Below, piece after piece: positions 62,860-64,000 of a stretch of 64,000 nucleotides of DNA. The position numbers and the translations under genes were made by a program. The notes below the pieces were generated by a model. It made no database searches. It saw only the letters and a program-made list of their open reading frames with translations, and was not told the origin of the DNA. Source of the stretch: Carcharhinus longimanus (Eukaryota); assembly GCA_030264375.1 (NCBI GenBank), contig JASCQW010000132.1, forward strand, positions 78,561,042 to 78,625,041. The letters are read 5' to 3'. Within the stretch, counting starts at the first letter, position 1. Every line of letters begins with the position of its first letter.

Positions 62860-63140
62860 TAGTGATTCAGAGAGTGGACTAATGATCTAGTGATAGAGTT
62901 CAAATCTCAATGTAGTAGCTGGGGAAGATGAATTTAATCTGGAACAAAAATCTAGTGAAAGTAATGGTGACAATGAAACTATGTGATTCTAGCAACTCAT
63001 TTGGTTCACTAATATTCTTTAGGAAAGGAAATCTGTTCTCCTCACTCAGTACATGGGACTCCAGACCCATACAATATAGTGGACTCTTAATTATCATTTG
63101 AAATTATCTGGCAAGTCATGCAGTTGTATTCAAGAAGGCA
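62860..63140 (+). mobile_element. Copy of the 19677-type tRNA-SINE (degenerate)
   Basis: 'ggactaatgatctag...gagttcaaatctc...ggtgacaatgaaact...ggttcactaatattctttaggaaaggaaatctg...gactccagaccc...gactcttaa'. Confidence 0.75.
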
Positions 63141-63145
63141 CCTCA

Positions 63146-63432
63146 CGGCATGTTGGTACAATGGTTAGCATTGCTGCCTCACAGCACCAGGGACCTGGGT
63201 TCAATTCCTGGCTTGGGTCACTATCTGTGCAGAGCCTGCATGTTCTCTCCATGTCTGTGTGAGTTCCCTCCAGTTTCCTCCCACAGTTAGGTAATATTGG
63301 CCATGCTAAACTCTCCCTCAGTGTACCTGAACAGGTGCCGGAATGTGGCAACTTGGGTATTTTTCCAATAACTTAACTGCAGTGTTAATGTAAGCCTACA
63401 CGTGATACTAATAAATAAAGTTGAAACTTTAA
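63146..63432 (+). mobile_element. V-SINE, alternative-tail subfamily
   Basis: tRNA head, shortened V-domain, tail 'ctcagtgtacctgaacaggtgccggaatgtggcaact...gtgatactaataaataaag'. Confidence 0.88.
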
Positions 63433-63599
63433 CCATCTTGTCAGGGGAAGTAGGGATGGGCAACATATTTAAAAATGTGGGCATCGTCACGAGTGATGTA
63501 GAAACTGCATCCCTTGAATCTATATGTTGTACCCTGCCTAATCCAAGAACAAACTGTAATATTTTTTCCCATTAAAACAGGAGTATAACAATCAAAGAA

Positions 63600-63945
63600 A
63601 TCCATACATTGCAGCAAGAGGCCATTCAGCTCATCAGCTCTGCACCAACTGTATAACAGAGTATCTTACTCAGGTCTTCTCCCCCGCACTATCCTGTAAC
63701 CCTACATACTTATCATGGCTAATCCCGCTAACCTACATACCACGGGACACTAAGAAACAACTAACCATGACCAATCCACCTAATGTACATATCTTTGAAC
63801 TGTGGGAGAAAGCTAGAGCAGCCAGTGGAAACCCATGCAGACATGTAGAGAATGTGCAAACTCCACACAGAGTCATCCAAGGCCAGAAGTGAATCCGGCT
63901 CCCTGTTGCTGTGGGGCAGCAGTGCCAATCACTATGCCACCGTGC
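63600..63945 (-). mobile_element. HE1/V-SINE, older copy
   Basis: Reverse complement 'gcacggtggcatagtgattggcactgctgccccacagc...gtggagtttgcacattctctacatgtctgcatgggtttcc'. Confidence 0.85.
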
Positions 63946-64000
63946 ATTGTGTTCTTCTGCAATTGTGGTTCAATCCAGCTGAAAACAGTGCAAATGCCAT

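Noticed and set aside
56100-64000. FERD3L, expected next to TWIST1 by synteny
   Set aside because: No second bHLH ORF is visible in the window.
1-64000. CRISPR arrays, operons or other prokaryotic systems
   Set aside because: The sequence is vertebrate, with spliced genes and SINEs/LINEs; no regularly spaced repeat-spacer array was seen.

Overview
Vertebrate genomic DNA, very probably from a shark or other elasmobranch, judged from the repeats (HE1/V-SINEs, a Deu-domain SacSINE1-like SINE, CR1/HER1-like LINEs, decayed Harbinger and Gypsy pieces). It holds the last three coding exons and 3'UTR of HDAC9 (+ strand: 10314-10398, 14031-14184, 20398-20437) and the complete TWIST1 gene (- strand: single coding exon 55291-55776, intron in the 3'UTR, polyA signal 53972-53977). 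This is the convergent HDAC9-TWIST1 pair known from human 7p21, here only about 33 kb apart. Nearly all other listed ORFs are spurious or transposon-derived. I found no convincing new protein-coding system. The best leads are non-coding: a ~13 kb CpG-retaining, SINE-free domain around twist1; apparently deeply conserved 3'UTR blocks in both genes; candidate enhancers; a nested-palindrome repeat family; and SINE/LINE tail sharing. All comparisons to human sequence and to repeat consensus sequences are from memory and need alignment.
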